Assembly (NCBI GenBank): GCA_965603825.1 | Contig: CBFDEM010000051.1 | Span: 496,001-560,000 of the forward strand | DNA from: Blepharisma stoltei ATCC 30299 | Taxonomy: Eukaryota; Protista; Ciliophora | Direction of reading: 5' to 3' | Length of the DNA: 64,000 nt | Shown: positions 37,901 to 51,500 of the stretch, piece by piece | Layout of the letters: the number at the start of each line of letters is the position of its first letter | Position numbering within the stretch: position 1 is the stretch's first letter | Translations under genes and position numbers: made by a program | The notes under the pieces: model-generated | Seen by the model: only the letters and a program-made list of their open reading frames with translations | Databases searched by the model: none | What the model was told of the DNA's origin: nothing

Positions 37901-38308
37901 TTAATGAGGTGTTAAAAATTCCAATGAATATTTATTTTCTAAATATTTTTCTGCCCTTTCCCAATTGAAGCGCCTATAAGTGATATTTTTATGGACTGCC
38001 CATTGCCTTAGCTTAGTTTTATGCTCAGGAATCCATCTTTTCCTTTCTTTTTGTTTCATGTCACGTTCTGTATATAGACTTAAAGGATTTCTATGGATAC
38101 TGATTGGAGGAAATATAGGTTCGCTAGCAGCGTTCGTTAGTTTTCTTTCCTTGCTTTTATTAGTTTTAATTACAGGCTTTGGTGTTTGGCTATTAGTTGC
38201 AAAAATAGATGCAAGTTCAGCTTTAGTTTGAGAGAGTCTCTCCAATAAATCATAACTACCATCTGATGGTTTTGAAGCGTGGAACTTTTTTGAGGTATTT
38301 TTTCTCAT
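37901..38308 (-). CDS. Hypothetical basic protein, 135 aa
   Basis: ATG-to-TAA ORF with coding-like composition filling the space between two genes. Confidence 0.6.
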   Translation of the reverse strand: MRKNTSKKFHASKPSDGSYDLLERLSQTKAELASIFATNSQTPKPVIKTNKSKERKLTNAASEPIFPPISIHRNPLSLYTERDMKQKERKRWIPEHKTKLRQWAVHKNITYRRFNWERAEKYLENKYSLEFLTPH

Positions 38309-38346
38309 ATTTATCTAGCACTTATTATATTAATTATACAAATTGA

Positions 38347-40941
38347 TTAAAAATCATTATCCCAGCCTATATGTAGGCTTGGTTCTCTATCATATATTTT
38401 CGATTTAATCGGGTCACTTATCTCTTCAGCTTCAAAAACCTCGTACCTATTTTTTGGGCTGTTGAGTGCTTCTTCAATCTCATTGTCTAAATCTAGAAAT
38501 TTTGGAACAAAAGGCATTTTCAAGGCTTTTGTTCTTAGCCGACCCCAATTTAAATTTTCAAATCATATATTGCATTTAAAAGCTTTGGTCCCACCTCCAG
38601 TACGAGCAGATGGATTTTTGTTAAGTAGCTGCTGTATTAAAGGTTTAGCTGAATTTGTTTGAAGCACAGAAGAAGGATAGGAAATTCGATGCTCAAGAAT
38701 TTTCTCATAGATGCTGTGTGGATCAATTTCATCTTCTCCAAATGGGACTTTTCCATATAAAAGTTCGTATAAGACAATTCCTAAGCTTCATCAATCAGCA
38801 TTGAAGCTGTAGCCAGAACCCAAAATTACTTCTGGGGCCATGTAATGTGGAGAGCCTATTGTAGTATAAGTTCTTCCATTAATAATTTTTGCAGCTGAAA
38901 AATCAATTAAGACTGGATACCCTTCTTCATCGATGATCATGTTTTCTGGCTTCAAATTCCTGAATATAATATTCCTCTCATGCAGATACTCAAAAATTAA
39001 TGCAACTGAAGCAATTAAATATTTTGCATGTATTTCACTTACAAGCTGAATTTCTTTAAGAATGCAAAAAAGATCCTTTCCTTTTATATATTCAGATATG
39101 AAATACACTCTCCAAGCATCTTTAACTGTATCTACAATGCTCATAAGCATTGGATGGTTCATCTGCAATGCAATTTCTCTTTCCATTTGCAAATTCATTT
39201 GAATCCCGAGCTTTTCAATTTTTTCTTTCAGCAAGGCTTTAACAGAGTACAATCTATTTCTAGCTCGATTAGCCATAAGAAAAGTATTCCCAAACATAGA
39301 CTTCCCCAAGGGTTTAATAATTGTTAAATCAGCCAAAGAAATAGAAATTTCTTGTAATTCAATTCGATGTTCAATTCTGGCTCTAATTTCCTCGCTAATC
39401 AAATCTAAAAAAGCACTTTTCCCAATCATTCAGCATATAACTGGCCCATCAGCCTGTATAGAAGCTGATCTAGTTGTTCCATAAATTAATGCTCTTTCCC
39501 CAAAATAATCATATTTCGTAATTATTCTAACTCTTTTATTCCCTTTTCTACATACAACTTTTCCTGACTTCACAATATAAAAATACTCACCTGGGCGATT
39601 TTCCAAAATAATGGAATCTCTATCGTTGAAATACATGACATTCAATGAATTTTTTAGTGCTTGATGCTTTGTAACACTAAGGCCTGTAAATAAAAAAACA
39701 TTATCCAAAATCACTTTAAGATCATTTGCTGCTGTAATTTCTTTGAGATCTCCTTCAATGCATTTTTCAATTGTTGCTTTTGAAATTTCAGAGACATCAG
39801 TTTCAATTTCTGCTATAACATCGTCAATAAAATCACAATTAGGAGTTACTAATAAATCTCTATCGCCTATGCATGTCAAGTTTCCATATTTTCTGCCTGA
39901 TAGTGAAACTGCTGACCCCCTTAATACAATATAAAGGTATTCCCCTTTTTTAGTTCCTTTTGGGATAATTAATGCTCCAGGTTGGTACCTGGTGGTTATC
40001 ATATAATCAAGCAATTTTTCAATCTGACTTTTTTTTAATGCTGACAAAACTTGGCTGCTTTCAATTGCAATTCTTATAGAATTTTTATATATTATTTGTT
40101 GTAAACTATCACCCAAAATTTCAAACAAACTTTGGCAGCTTATAGACACAACTTTTACATCTCCAACAGCTGTTATTGTTGCAGATCTTGAATGATCATA
40201 AAGCTCTGATAATTCCCCAAAATAGTCCCCTTTGCCTAGGTGTCTTACTTCGAGATCGTTTTTGCTACAAGTTGCAATACCTTCTTTTATTATATAAAAC
40301 AAAGTCCCATAGTCACCTTCCCTTACAATTTTTTGTCCGTTTCCTCATCTTTGGGTATTGAGCGATGCCAAAATGCGGTCTTTTTGAGCTTGAGTTAATG
40401 ATTTAAAGATTGAGATATTGTCGATAAATTTTTTATTTTCCTCATGACCTAATAGATTTACTCTCCGAACTGCGTCTTTAAACGTATCACGATCAACTCC
40501 TCAGAGATGGCATTTTTCAATTGAAATTATTGAAGCAGTTCGAGGCCTGGCATCAAGTAGAGCTAATTCTCCAAATCCAAAACCAGGGGAAATCAGATTT
40601 TTTTTCGTTCCGTTCATGACAACCTCAAGTCTTCCACTTGCCAAAATATAAAACGACTGGCCAGGCTTCCCCTCTTCAAAAACATATTCTCTTGGACCTA
40701 TTGTATAATGCTTCATTGTTCGGGCTATTTCAAATCTAGAATCCTCATCTAAGCCTTTTAAAATAAAGTGACTAGCTAAGGCATTCATTATCATTTTCAT
40801 GTCTTCTTCTGTTTTATATCTTTCTTCAACATTCGCAGTTGCAGCTTCTTGGTTTTCATCGCCAATTGAAGTGCTCCTATGCTTTCTTGATATTAAAAGA
40901 TTGTATCTTTTTGTTGCTAAACTAGTGCATCCATTTCCCAT
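38347..40941 (-). CDS. cGMP-dependent protein kinase-like protein (four CNBDs plus AGC kinase domain), probable pseudokinase, 864 aa
   Basis: MGNGC acylation-type N-terminus. CNBD cassettes FGELALLDARPRTAS, FGELSELYDHSRSAT, a degenerate third and FGERALIYGTTRSAS. Kinase motifs GKSMFG, FRNLKPEN, DFS, HYMAPE. Confidence 0.9.
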
Positions 40942-41333
40942 TTTATTTATAATTGATGAATTTTTACTGGATTTAGAATATTTTATTATGGAAGATATGC
41001 TCAGAGTCTATAAAAAGCGGATAAGTCTTAATTTGGTGAAATAATAATATGAAATAAAAAAGGAGGACAAAAATAATTACCTAGAAAGTCTAAGAATTGA
41101 TGTACAATTTCAAAGGCTATAATTTTGAAGAAATCAGTGTGTAAACAATCAGGTGTGAGAAGCAAAGAAAATTATTTATATTTTATAAATATTATAATTA
41201 TATTTAGAGCGTAGCGAAATGAGATACTTACATATAATCTGATGCAACTAATATAAATCACTTTAAATGGAGAATATATATATAAAGACCTGTGCTAAGT
41301 TAATTATGTTATAAATAAAAATTCGAAATTCAT

Positions 41334-41741
41334 TTATAAACCAAAATCTACTTCATTTTTGGCACTTTGGTTTCGAACTTTATAAACATTGCTTCCGGTC
41401 GTTTTCCATGATCTTCCATCCATCCTTAATATCTGTCTATGTTCAGATCTCTTATAAACAAGTGATATATTTGAAAAGACTCCTGTATAAAGCTGTCTGA
41501 ATGCAGGCTTCTTAAAGGTCTCTAAGCTATTAAGTCTTGTCAATGACTTTCTCTTTATCAAGCTATTCGTAGTCATTGGTCTCGATAAAAGTCCTACTGA
41601 TCTTTTTGTATTAGATAGATTTGTGAAGGACATCGTTTGGTAATGAATTTTGTTCCTGAAATTTGCTCTGGAGCGAGAGTCTCTTTCTTCTTCCCACATT
41701 TCCAGTTGCTGGAATTTTGATTCAAGGGATAAGATATTCAT
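41334..41741 (-). CDS. Hypothetical protein, 135 aa
   Basis: Intact ATG-TAA ORF; no recognisable motif. Confidence 0.55.
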   Translation of the reverse strand: MNILSLESKFQQLEMWEEERDSRSRANFRNKIHYQTMSFTNLSNTKRSVGLLSRPMTTNSLIKRKSLTRLNSLETFKKPAFRQLYTGVFSNISLVYKRSEHRQILRMDGRSWKTTGSNVYKVRNQSAKNEVDFGL

Positions 41742-41828
41742 ATCAGTTATTTTTCAATAATAATACAACAGAAATAGACATTTAATTATTTTTCTCTTAA
41801 ATAATCCTTAATTTCCTGCTTTGCAGTC

Positions 41829-42893
41829 TTAATCTACAATAGAATTCCTTGAGCTTACTTGTGTACTGAAAATAAATTCTTTATTTACAGGCTCATTTTT
41901 ACTAGCAACCGATCCTCATTGGCTGTCATTAAAGTCCTTGACAATAACACTTTCATTAATATTTTCAATCTCTTCATTATCACTCTCTATTTCGCTCTGC
42001 TTTGAGTTTTTATATTTTTCAATGTTAGCCAAAGAATTAGATACAAGCTGAGATAAAATTTTATTCCCAAGCGAATTTCTTATAAAAGGATGATTTAGTA
42101 GCTCTTTTGAGCTAGGTCTTTCTTGAAAGTTTACTCGCAAGCATTCATGAACAAAATCGTTAAATTCGTGAGACCATTTGCTAGGTTCAAATAGCCCTTG
42201 AGCAGGGTTTCTTTGAACTGCTTGCATAACTCTAATAGGGTGAAGATGAGAATAAGGTGGCTGCCCTTCAGCCATTTCAATGGCGGTAATCCCTAATGAC
42301 CAAATATCAGTTTTATTATTATAGTGTGTCTTAGAAATCACTTCAGGAGACATTCACAAAGGGGTCCCAATTATTGTGTCATTTTTAGAGTTCTTGTTCA
42401 AAACATGGGCTGAAACTCCAAAGTCGCAAAGTTTAGCGACTCCTCTATGATCAATTAAAATGTTTGCAGCCTTGATATCCCGATGAATTTTATTATTTTC
42501 ATGCAAATAATTCAATCCTTTTAAAACTGCCTGACAGATGCTTGAAATTTGCTGCTCATTTAACGGCGATTTATTGACTTTAATTAAATCGGCAACACTG
42601 CCAGCAACGCAGTATTCAATTATCATCCATAGCTCATCATCTTTTATATAAGATCCAATATATCCAACGATATTTGGATGGCTTAATTGCTTCATAATCG
42701 AGATTTCTGTTTTTAAAGACTCAATGTCATCACCAATTGGGATTATTTTTATCGCCACTCGGCTTCCTGTTAGCTTGTGGATACCACGAAATACAGAACC
42801 GTATGCGCCTTCACCAATTTTGTCTCAGAGAAAAAACATTTCCTCAGGATCCTCATAATTAGATACTATGTCTTGTAAATCTGAAAAATTCAT
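41829..42893 (-). CDS. STE20/MST (GCK-type) Ser/Thr kinase, about 354 aa (3' end uncertain)
   Basis: IGEGAYGSV, VAIK, IHRDIKAANIL, DFGVSA, GTPL-W(TGA)-MSPE, DIWSLGITAIEMAEGQPP. Confidence 0.92.
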
Positions 42894-43633
42894 ATTATTA
42901 TAAATGAGATATACCTCAGAATAAATAATTAGCAAATTAATTGATTGAGACATAAGAAATAATTATATAGGCTTAAAACCAAGTCTGGCTTATCTTCATT
43001 GAGAATCTGGCTATTTAATGAATTGATAATAAGTTTACTTTTTCTAAACAAAACTCACTTTTCTTTGAGCGTCTTTTTAAAATAATCATTTTTATATTTA
43101 GCAATATGATATTTATTAATATATCCTTGATAATAAATATTAAGGAGAATCTAAGCCGCTGTTCAAATCTGCGTTTTTTTCTAAGAAATTTGTTCTTTCA
43201 TATGCCTTTCCAGAATCCTGCCAATTTTCTAATGCACGCTTCCTTTCTGTGCTCTCTAATTATACTTTGTCTCCCTTATATATTTCTTCTCAATAAATCC
43301 CATAGCTACTCTTACAGCTCCCATGATATGGAGCATTGATCAAAGACAATATAGCTTCTAAGCATCTCACAAATATACTTAGGCAGCAAGATTAAGTTGG
43401 CATTCAGACAGACATTAAAATGCAGCTAAGCATTTCACATATTTTTCCTCAAATAAAAAAAATTGATATTTTTACAACCTATCAATATAATATTTACTTG
43501 AGGTAATCATTAATGAGAACTATTCCTTAATTTAGCATTTATTCTGATTATTATGAGAATATTTCAATAAAAACTGTTTGTTTAATAAGAATAAAAGAAA
43601 CCCTATTTAATCTATCTGTAACTGTCAATATAA

Positions 43634-46600
43634 ATGTTTACGAAAGGCTATAGTATCAAATACAATACAGAAACTTCTCTAAATGCTGTTAACGACATGA
43701 CAACCTTTACGCACGCTATCAAAGAATATGCTCCGAAAGAAACTAAGATTCCCTTCAAAGGAAATTCTTTAGCACTATACGATGATGACAGCAAATTCAT
43801 TTTTTGCAGTGTTGAAGGTCGTGTTGCAGCTTGTGACAGAAATAAAAATGATGAAATTATATATGATGTCCAGCTTCCTGGAGGTGGGCTTTACGCATTA
43901 ACTTTATTTAAGGACGAAAAGCACTTTTTGACAGGAGGTAAAGAAGGAGTCATTCGCCAATATACCCTAGGCAACAAAGAATTTAAGTTTGTAAGGGATT
44001 TTCGTGGCCACACCAACAAAATCAGTGAAATTATACTGTCAAAAGATGAGACGCAACTATATAGCTGTAGCGACGATTCGACAGTCAAGATTTGGAACAT
44101 GGAAACTGGGCAACCAGAAGACATTTATACTCATGGTGACCGCGCTTTAACTATGGATTTGTCAATCGATGGGAGATATTTAGCTACAGGCAGTGCTGAT
44201 AAAACAACCAAGATTTACGATCTGCAAGAAAGAAAGATAATAGGAACTATTGAAGGAGCAAAAAATACTATTTGGTATGTAAAATTTAATAAAAAATGCA
44301 CAAAAGTTGCTTCAGGAGATAATGATGGCGTTGGGTATATTCACGAATTTGGAACCTGAAATATCCTTCATACATTAAAAGGTCATGATAAAAGGGTCTC
44401 TTGCATTGAACTGATTAACAACGACAGGCGCTGTGTAACTGCAAGCAATGATACCACATTAAGAGTTTGGGACTTAGTAAATAATTCGAACCCAATAATA
44501 TGGAAATGGCATCTAAATTGGGTAAAAGCTATGCTAATCAGCAGCGATGAGCTAAACGTTTTCTCAATATCAGAAGATCATAGAATTATAACCTGGAGAG
44601 TCCCAGAGTTTGACGAAAATAGCATTAGGTTAACAAATGGGCATACTAAAGATATTTACAACATTATTTACTCACAAAAGCGAGGTTTATTTTTCACGAA
44701 TGCAAATGATAACTTAGCTATTGCATGGGATTTCAACACAAAAAAGAAAGTTCATGAATTTACCCATAAGGATGGGGTTTATGCGAAGTGTTTAACTCAT
44801 GATGAAAATTATCTAATTACTTGTACAGCAGCAAATGAAGTAATTTACTGGGATCTTGATTCATACACTCAATCCTCTCCAGAAGAACCAAACGAAGCAA
44901 CAATTAAGGCAATTTTAGCGACTAAAGATGGAAAGTATTTAATTACAGGTGACACTATCTGCAGAGTTACCATAAAAAGCATAGGAAATTCAGGGAAAAA
45001 CACAACTCTAGCTGTTTTTAGAAAGCATAAAGCAACTATCTGGTCACTCGCTGTCAACTCTACATCAACACTTCTTTTTTCAGGCGATGAAACAGGACTA
45101 ATTTACGAAATAAACCTCATAGATGGAAATGAAATTTGTAGCTTCAAAGGCCACACGGGCAAAGTAAAATGCTTGGAAGTGTCTAAAAACGACAGCTTCT
45201 TGGTATCTGGATCGTGGGATAAAACGTTCAAAGTTTGAAGTATCATAAAACGAAGTTTAATAAAGAGCGTTACTGTAGATGATACTGTTAACACAATTTA
45301 TTTCACAAATGATAACAACTATTTTATGATGGCTCAAAAAAACCAATTTGTTTCTATATGAAGTTTAAGAAATTTTACTTTAGTGACTGAAATTAAATAC
45401 GATAAAGATTGCACTGCGCTAGCCCTAACTTCAGATGAGCAATATATGATAACAGCCGAACAGGAAAATATATATATAACCAAAAATCCATTATCATCAA
45501 GTTCTTTTTGGATCTATGGAAATAGAGATATTTATGAATTTTTAATATACCTCAAATACATTATTATCGGAGAGCCTAAGCCTTATAAGCCAGAAATGAA
45601 TAAATATTTGATAGCTCCGGTAATGATGAATATTGTGCATGTATATAGCTACTTCAATCTAACCTCCCATCTAAAAAAAGCATTACAAGACGATGCTCCA
45701 TTTTTCTCTTCGAAAAAAAATGTAAGTCCTCTTTCTCTTTGCCTGTCAAAAGATTATCCAGATGCTGCCAGTATAATTATAAACTGGGTCATTAGCAACT
45801 TAAAAACAAACATTTATGCCGCAAAATGCATAGAAGATTCTCTCACAACTTTAAATTTCAAAGGCTACCCAATTATAAGTGAGCTTTATGAGAATTTTTG
45901 GGTGAACACGAAAGATCATACTTTGCCAAAATTCTGCCCAAAAAGTATTAAATTTCCAATAACAATTTCTTCAAGAAGTATTGAGCCTTTTTCTGAAAAT
46001 TTCTTCAAAGAAAATGTCAGTGCAAATGAAGGAAAATCAGTGAAATATTTTATTTCAACGGTCTGTGTGAATATGGCACCTGGATCAAAAGAAAGCATTG
46101 CATTTTTAAGAAGTATATGAAAATGCTCCAATGAAGAAATTTTTAGAACAAAATATGTAAAGAATTTGCTCCATTATAAATGAAATCAACTTTGGTGGAT
46201 AAAAGTCATAGAAGCATCTATATACGCTATTTACATGGGCTATTTAATAGCTTATGCGATTAACTTTCCTGGGTATGGAGCTGAAGCAGTACCACTGTTT
46301 ATAATTAATCTCGTACTTGTCGGGATCGTTATATATAGAGTTCTGACTGGCGGAACAGTTGTTTTAGAAAGCGGATGGGATTTGATTGATTTACTCCGTT
46401 TTGCATGTTTAATTATATATGTCCTATTTATCTGGTTCGATTGCTGGCAAAGCAACAACAATTATCTATTTACGTTGCTTATTTTCTTATCGTTCATCAG
46501 AGGTATTTCATATTTCCGCATATTTGAAGAAACCCGATATTTAATTCACCTTATCCAAGAAGTTTCATTTGACATCGGCTCATTCCTTGTATTGCTGCTC

Positions 46601-47242
46601 TACTCCACTCTTTCATTCGGTGTCATTTTTTATACAATTCAAAACAACTCAGACCTTCACATAAAGGACTATCTAACTATGGCTTATCGAATTGATTTAA
46701 ATGATTTTGACACAAAGGGTTTTAATTCTTTTGAGTGGGTCATATTCGGCTGTGCAACGCTGGTTAACTCAATTATTATGCTGAATTTATTAATCAGCAT
46801 CATGGGTGATACCTATGAGAGAGTCAATGATGGAATGATTGTTGCTGATGGAAAAGAATTGGCTAATTTGATCATTGATTGCGAATTGCTGCTAATTTGG
46901 AAAAGAAACAAAACGGTAAAAAAATATTTGCAAGGATGCAGAGAAGAAGGAGACAAAGTTGACGAGACGTGGGGAGGCTCGACAAGAGAAATTAAAGATA
47001 AAGTAACGGTGATGAAAAAAATTATAGATGAAGGGGATAGGGCAGCAATTGAAAAAATTAAAAAACTGAATGATGAAATAAAGAAGGTTACAGATGAAAA
47101 GCTCAAAGATGATGAGACTAATCTAGGCAAAATAATTGAAATTATTGATAAAGGAAGCTCCAAAGTGGAAGAAATGGATGAAAATATAACAAAGTTGGCT
47201 GCAAAGATTGAAAAGTTGCTGAAAAAGAATAATACAAAATAA
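43634..47242 (+). CDS. WD40-repeat, ankyrin-like and TRP-like 6-TM cation channel with C-terminal coiled coil, about 1202 aa
   Basis: Four same-frame track ORFs join via TGA=Trp. Many GH...WD repeats; an SPLSL ankyrin-like turn; RGISYFRIFEETRYLIHLIQEV and IIMLNLLISIMGDTYERV (TRP/PKD-type S4-S5 linker and S6). Confidence 0.88.
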
Positions 47243-47585
47243 GGGAAAACAAGCATTAAATAAGATTTTAATTTTTACACTCTTTTGAAATAATTAAGAC
47301 AATTTGGATAATTGATAATTGATAAAAAATAACTAAAATATATAAGATCGCAAATAATTTGTTTTGATCTTGCTTTTATAAATCAATTTTGTATATTTAA
47401 AAATAAGGTTTTTTAATATGATCTTCTTAGAATAGAAAATACTTTTTTAGTTCAAGGTAGCTTTATCATTAAAGAATATTAAAATAATTACCATTGGAAG
47501 TTGAAAATGAGCTCACTTATAGAAACTCTGCGCTTCTTTAAGTGCTTCTATTATCTTACTAAATTCATAATTCCTAATATAAAAT

Positions 47586-47993
47586 ATGCACGAAGACCAC
47601 GGGAAGTATTTTTCATTTGGGAGACATTCTTATACTGACTATCATGGCGATATGAACGATCCTACAGGCCTAATTGAATACCCAAACTCCAGTTTCCATC
47701 CAAGATTTCTTTCAGCTCGCAAATCAGGCTTAGAGCGTGGAATAGACCCAAAAGAGAAATGGATGGCTTACTGTAAACCAAGCTGTACAAAAGAAGAAGC
47801 CATGGTAAAGAGATGCGAAGAAGCCTTGAAACTGCTTAAGGTTGGCGACAAGTCATGCATTTATAGGTATAGAGAATGGGTGGAATGTGTTGAAAATTGT
47901 GTGCAACCCAAAATCTTCTATCATCTTAGTGGAGCAAGCCGCAAAGGTCCAATAGATTGGCTCAAAGGACATGGGCTAACTGGACTTCATTAA
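47586..47993 (+). CDS. Ubiquinol-cytochrome c reductase hinge subunit (QCR6/UQCRH-like)
   Basis: DPKEKWMAYCKPSC...KRCEE...KSCIYRYREWVECVENCVQPKIFYHL, the hinge cysteine pattern. Confidence 0.8.
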   Translation: MHEDHGKYFSFGRHSYTDYHGDMNDPTGLIEYPNSSFHPRFLSARKSGLERGIDPKEKWMAYCKPSCTKEEAMVKRCEEALKLLKVGDKSCIYRYREWVECVENCVQPKIFYHLSGASRKGPIDWLKGHGLTGLH

Positions 47994-48502
47994 TAAAATT
48001 ATGTGGAGAACATAAATTGGTGATTTTATACATAAATTAAGAAATTAAAGGAATAGAAAATTTAGATTGAGAATTTTTCAGTAAAATATACATTGCATTA
48101 TCACTTTTAAAGCTCTAAAATTAGTCTCATTTTGAATATTCAGTCATGATATTTAAACAATTAAACGTTTGTGCTTATTATAAAGGAAATACTTTATATA
48201 CATTTTAAATGTCTCCAGCCTCGATAATTTGAATGTCTTCTCTCTTTTATAAATTTATAAAACAGGTCTATTTTTCAATACAGCCGTTTAATAAAATATC
48301 AGCTTAAATTCTAAAAATAAAAATTTAACAAATTATTTGGTTAGATAGGAAACTGCAATATTTGATTTCCTCATACAGATTTTTTATATTACTAAATCAT
48401 TGATTAATTTAATTTATATGCAAATCTTAATTATAAAACAAATATAATAACTAATTCGTTATTAATATTCTTTATAAAGAAAAATATAACCCTTTAAGCT
48501 TA

Positions 48503-51500
48503 TTAAAGAATCATCACCTTTTCTCTACTAATTCCTTGCGTTTCAACCATTTTCCCGATCCATCTATTAAACCCAGACGGTCCGCATACCCACACTCTTG
48601 AAACACCTCTGCTTCCAACCTGGCTTCTAAGCATATCATCATTAATTTTTCCTCCAATTCTTTCGCCATCTATATTTATATGGACAACCAAATGTGTGCT
48701 AAACTTTTTCTGAGTCGCTTCTAACAGATCCAATCCAAAAGCCTCTGACTTAGATCTGAAACTAACATATAAGAAGAGACAAAAACCAGTTGGAGCATGG
48801 TCATTCCATATAGAATAAGCTAAATCTAAAAATGGAAGAATCCCAGTGCCAGCTGCAAAGCCTAAGTAAAGACCTGAAGACAGCTGAGTAAGAGCTAAGC
48901 CAGGTCCTAATGGCCCTTTAATCTTTATAGTGCTATTGCTATCAAGATTGTATATAAAGTCTGACATTTTCCCATCTGGGTAATGCTTGATATACAATTT
49001 TAAGCTTCCAATAGTGCTTGACTCATTGTACTGAGCTGCATTAAATTCGCATTTGATTCCTTCAGCTTCTATTTGCTTTTTCCAACTATAAAGATTAGCT
49101 GACACCAAGCTATAGTATCTTCTAACTACATTCAGCCCTATTTTTGCTTCAACTTGGAAGTGCTTTCCCATCCACTCTAATCCTTTTGGCTTTTCTCTAA
49201 CCTCATATGCATTTGATCTCAGTTCTACGCAAACTGTGCTTTGAGATATATTGTGCTTTCTAACAATTTCCCAAGTCATGCTCCAATCAATTGTGTCACC
49301 TTCTATTGGCTTAATTATATTGCAATTTTTTGCGATATTTCCTACTACCAAGCTATAAGCTAAATTTTTAGCCATCTGGGAATGTTCATATGGAAAAGTC
49401 CCATCTCCAATGCTGCTGCACCCATTTATATATTTTCCTACGTCTTCTCCTATCACATCTTTTAGCATATATGCGCCACCAGGATGATTTTGCATAAAAC
49501 CAGAAATATCAAGCACATATTCATCTAAAAATACCCACTGTGATTTCTTTATGTTTATTTCATCCAATATTTCTGAGTGGTTTAAGCCTTTTTTGTCAAT
49601 AAAAGTGTCTTGCATTTCTTTGTCTGCTGTGATAGTTGATTTTCTATTGATTTTTTTTCTTTTAAAATTAAATATAAAAGGCATAAATAAATGGCCAAAC
49701 CTATGCCTAATTTCCAAAACTGCAAAAACGACACAAAGGACTCCATAAAATACATAAACTGTATGTAAGTTGGTATCATTTTGCCTTATCTCCCAGCCAT
49801 ATTTTAAGTTAACTAAAGCTGGGATCAAGCAAGCCCATCCAATGACAGTGTGAATTCTTCTGGATACTCTTAATACTGACAAATCTTGCTTAAACATCAT
49901 CCATATTTTAGTGAATAGACCTGTAACAGCTTGTGATAACACTAAGGTGCACAAATAAAAGCCTATTCTTGAGTGATAGCGAGGCTTATCTGACAAAGCA
50001 TCATAGCCCAACTTGTCTTTTTTATAGACAATATAAACGCTCGCAAGTGTGAAAAATATTACGACAGCGCCTGACAGTGCATGAATTAAGTATGCCATAA
50101 AGGACCATTTGAAATATCTGATCGCCATAATTCCAACTTGTACAACGCAAAGCCACATAACTGTCATATAAATTCCATGGTTTTCATAAAGAGCTCCGTC
50201 GATATCGTCTCCATGATGGAAGTATGAGTCAGCTTGAGTCATGCCAAGCTTGATCTTACCCATCCCAACTGCATTGTGAATGGGAAATGTAGTCAAATCG
50301 CTTTCTGAATTATATGCAAAGCAAAATTCTGTTATCATGTTCGGCTTTAAGACTACGTCACATTTAGAATCGCCAGTATTCAAAAGACGAGTTACAGTGA
50401 CGACCATTGTTTTGTTTGCTGTAAATTCAGCATTAATCATGTTCGCGTTATTTTTACAGCCTTTTAAAGAAGAGTCTTGGCTTGGAGTTGTGTAGCCTGA
50501 GCTGTATGAATCCCAAGCTTGGAAAGCTCCGTTTTCTCTAATGACGATTATCATATCAGTATCTTCCATAGCATGCCCAAAACCTATTGCGCACCACCCA
50601 TCAAATTTGCACTAAATAAATTTTACATTGAATGTGAAGGTTACTTGTGTCTCAGTCATAACCCATGATAATGAAAAGTTTGGGTCTAATTCTACACTAA
50701 CTGTTTCTGCTCCTCCTTGTGTATAGCTGCTTGTTCCTTGTGTGCTGCCTAGTTTCAGAATTCCAGATCCTACATGGTTATGTCTATTGAAAGCTTGCAA
50801 ATTAGGCTGATCTAAATATGCATAGCAAAAGCTCGTTACCATATTTGGGTTTAATACTTTATCGCACTTAGTGTCGCCTGTATTTAGTGGTCTTGTAACT
50901 GTAACCAACATTTTTCCATCGACAAAGCTGGAACTTTCTAGCACAATGTTATTTTCACAGCCAGGAATTGTAGCATCTCCATTAGGTGGTACATAGTCAA
51001 TGCTATATGCGTCTAAAGCTTGAATAGTTCCATTTATACGCGTAACAATGATCATGTCTGTATTTATCATTGCTTGGTTGAAGCCTATGCCACACCAACC
51101 ATCAAATGTACACTAAATAAAGGTTACGTTAAAGGTAAAAGTGATATCAGTCTCGTTCATTAGCCATGACAGAGAAAAGTTTGGATCAAGCTGCATGGTG
51201 ACAAGCTCTGGGTTTAGCATAAAATAGGAACTATCCTGAGTGGTTCCAATTTTCAATATTCCTGACCCTACACTGCTATGTTTGGTGAAGCTCGTCAGGT
51301 TTGGCTCATCTAGATATGCAAAGCAAAATTTCATAGGCACATCTGGCACCAAAACTTTATCACACTCATTATCCCCAGTGTCCATCAATCTTGAAAAAGT
51401 TGCAGAAATCTGGCCATTATCAAAGCTTGTGCTTTTAACTATTATGTTATTCTGACATCCCTGTATGCCTGTGTCCAATTGTGGCTGCTGAAATGTAGTA

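Noticed and set aside
41790-41890. Possible 23-25 nt introns extending the STE20 kinase C-terminus
   Set aside because: The lengths do not fit the 15/16-nt rule seen elsewhere; needs RNA-seq.
43106-43400. Coding-like fragments on either strand between the kinase and the WD40 channel
   Set aside because: No consistent frame or 15/16-nt intron rescues an ORF.
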